Shown one piece after another: positions 61,158 to 64,000 of a DNA stretch of 64,000 nt (positions are counted from its first letter, which is position 1; every line of letters starts with the position of its first letter). The notes below the pieces were generated by a model, which did no database searches, was not told the DNA's origin, and saw only the letters and a program-made list of their open reading frames with translations. Source of the DNA: Eledone cirrhosa (taxonomy: Eukaryota); contig OZ024747.1 of the NCBI GenBank assembly GCA_964016885.1, positions 10,354,001 to 10,418,000 on the forward strand, given 5' to 3'. The position numbers and the translations under genes are program-made.

Positions 61158-61828
61158 AACTAGTGAATTTCTCTTCTTATATACATATATCTATATATTT
61201 GTGTATGTATGTTTATATATATATATATATATATACATATATATATCTATCTATCTATATATTTGTGTATGTTTATATATCTATATATATCTGTGTGAGC
61301 GTTTATATATATATATATATACATATATATATCTATATTTAGGTGCGTATGTTTATATATATATATATTTAGGTGCGTATGTTTTTATATATATATATAT
61401 ATTTAGGTGCGTATGTTTATATATATATATACATACGTGTGTAAGTGTGAGATAGAGATGGGTTGTATTATATGTCGGGAATATATATATACATATATTG
61501 TCTTGCGTATCTTCGGTTACTCAATAGGACGGATGTGAATTTGAAATATATATATATGAATGATAAAATGTATTTCAGGAAGCAGTCCAAACCATTGTTG
61601 TCACATAAAGCAATTGAGAAAAAAAAGCGAAAAATGTGTAACGATAGACATTAGGTCTCTATGTTAGTGTGTGTATGTATTTGGATTTGTGTAAGACTGT
61701 GCGTATATAGATATGTGTGTGTAACTATGGGTAAAGGAGAGTGAAAGAAGGGGAGATAATTTTAAATGAAGTCCGTCTGCATTTATATCCATGTTGTTAT
61801 GTGCATGTATACCTGGGTTTGTGTTTGG

Positions 61829-61901
<73 letters not shown>

Positions 61902-62475
61902 AGGATTATACCAGTTGTAAACTAGCTATTCAACAGAGTACTCGATACTTGTGGTAGTAGAGGATCGTGGCCCGACGGCCGAGCTCTTGCCATTCTGACA
62001 GCAAATTCCTGACCCTATTAGAGACGTATATGAATGTATTGACAGTATGTTTATAGATAATTGTTTCTACTTTAGGCACAAGGCCAGCATTTAACCAGTA
62101 CATTACTGGTACTTTATTTTATCGACCCCGTAAGGATGAAAAGCAAAGTTAACCTCAGCGGGATTTGAACTCAGAATGTAAAATATGTTTATAGATAATA
62201 AACATATATTAGTCTCACATGGCTGCGGAAGTAACTGTAATCATAGCTTACGGTAACATATCGAGACTTATGTAGGTTTATTATACATAAACATAGTGTA
62301 TATATTTTCATATACACCTCTAATATGAATGACGCTATGTTAGTCTACTACTAATTAATGTACGTGCGTATGGTTTTTTTTTTTTAGCCATAGAATCTTT
62401 TTATTATGTGTAATGATATTTATATATCATTACAAATCCTTACAGAATGAAATATAAACACAAAGAATACAATTA

Positions 62476-62614
62476 CCGTATTTCCCGGCGCCGAAGACGC
62501 ACCCTAATTAAGACAACCAAAAATAATAAACAACCTTCGTTCTCCAGGACTCATGGTAGAATTTTGAGACTTATTTTAAGGAAAAAGTAGCGTCTTCGAT
62601 GCCAGGAAATACGG
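62476..62614. mobile_element. Tc1/mariner-superfamily (Tc2/pogo-like) MITE
   Basis: TA|CCGTATTTCCCGGCGCCGAAGACGC ... GCGTCTTCGATGCCAGGAAATACGG|TA. Confidence 0.75.
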
Positions 62615-62716
62615 TAAATATTGCCAGGCACCTGAAAAAGGAGAAGCAAAAACAAAGACGGAAACGACCATCAATTCACCACCAAGTGCGATGTGAATTT
62701 GTCTTAGTGAGAGAGA

Positions 62717-62921
62717 TGAGGGTCGACTGAAAAAGTTCATTGGCTGACCAAGATACTCTCACGGAATGACTAAATGAGGTTTATTTTTCATTTTCAACAT
62801 AGTCCCTGGACAGAAACAATACAGTTATTAATAAAAAGAGTTGAAATTAATATATGCAAGATTTCACACCTCTAACATCACTCCTTCACAGTCAGCCTAT
62901 GAACTTTTCAGCCGACTCTCG
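62717..62921. mobile_element. Mariner-type MITE
   Basis: TIRs GAGGGTCGACTGAAAAAGTTCATTGGCTGAC / GTCAGCCTATGAACTTTTCAGCCGACTCTCG|TA. Confidence 0.7.
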
Positions 62922-64000
62922 TATGTGTTTGAGTATTTCACTTTTAAAAAGCAACTTTATTAATTTCTTAAACTTGCGATCATAAGCAGTAGACGAAATA
63001 AATGTAAACAAACAAATCACCATAAACAGTTTTGCCCATACGGTTTTGCCCGTAAAATCTGTCCAGCATTTTTTCCCTGAGACATTCTAACCACATGCCC
63101 ATAGTATCGGAGTTGTGATCTCCCAACTCGGAGAAGTCGCGGCTCTAGCTGGAGCGACTCTCTGATCTCCAAATTACGCACTCTATCGAGTAACATTACT
63201 GCAAAGACCCTTCAAGGGAACCCCATAAAAGGGTTTCGGCCCCATAAAGGTGTAGCCCGGGGCGGACCGCCCCACTCACCTCCCTCTAGGTACGCTACTG
63301 CTCAGTGTAGTTGTTACTGTTGTTGTAGCTAGTCTTGTTTCTTTCTCCTGCTGTTTTCAATTTAATGTTCCAATGTTCAATGGAGAGTGATCAGTGTCAG
63401 CTTTTATTACCTATCTCTCTTTAAGTTGATTAGTTATCCAAATGATGTTGTGTGCTGGCAAGCGTAAAGCGACATGGGTGTTAAATGGTTTTCTCTGATG
63501 GCGGTGTTGTTTTTAGGTCTCGTATGGTATTGAGACACACTTAAGGCTACAACCCTTCTTATGTGGCAAATATAATTTGACAATCCTAGCAATACCGAAT
63601 AGTTTGTGTGTTGTCATTGAATTCTTGTAGTCGGCAGCTCAGAAAGCCAAGTGTAACCATAACGATCTAAGAAGAGAAGAAAGGAACACACTTCTCGTGG
63701 TCACAGGTTGTGGAAAAGTAACCATATACTTGATCTACCACACAACACTCTATACAATAAATCACTGTATGCCAGAGTACACAATGTGTTATACGTACAT
63801 ACAGATAGGTGAAGGAATGGGATATTTAGAACAATTGATCTGTGAATCATACTTAATCGTTCTCTCTCATATCTAGCTGTGTTCGATCGGGTCTTTAACC
63901 ACATCACAACTACATAACACACAGTGATTACATTCGTAAAACACATACTTTGATCAATGTATACAGACACAAAGAACATTAAGCAGTAAGTGGAAACTGT

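Noticed and set aside
63120-63300. GC-rich segment as the SPPL2 promoter
   Set aside because: Ends in GGTACGCTACTG, resembling a hAT-type TIR; more likely a transposon remnant, and the promoter position cannot be supported

Overview
AT-rich, repeat-dense animal genomic DNA. The SINE and LINE families point to a cephalopod, probably an octopus (inference). Two spliced genes lie on the minus strand. (1) A complete 16-coding-exon signal peptide peptidase-like 2 gene (SPPL2A/B family), ATG at 61157 to stop at 12886, ~587 aa. It has a signal peptide, PA domain, and YD, LGFGD and QPALLY motifs; all introns are GT-AG with consistent phases. (2) The 5' part of an ARMH3/C10orf76 homologue: three coding exons at 3796-1746, continuing off the left edge. 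Introns and the intergenic region hold tRNA-derived SINEs, RTE, CR1 and CRE-like LINE relics, piggyBac, mariner and Helitron-like elements, about 20 minisatellites and a 5-kb 86-bp satellite. Most notable observations: tandemly duplicated in-frame splice donors after SPPL2 exon 7; hammerhead-ribozyme-like motifs in inverted (Penelope-like) arrangements; a minisatellite born inside a mariner transposase catalytic domain; inverted SINEs bracketing the PA-domain exon. All homology calls are from recalled motifs, not database searches, and repeat boundaries are approximate.
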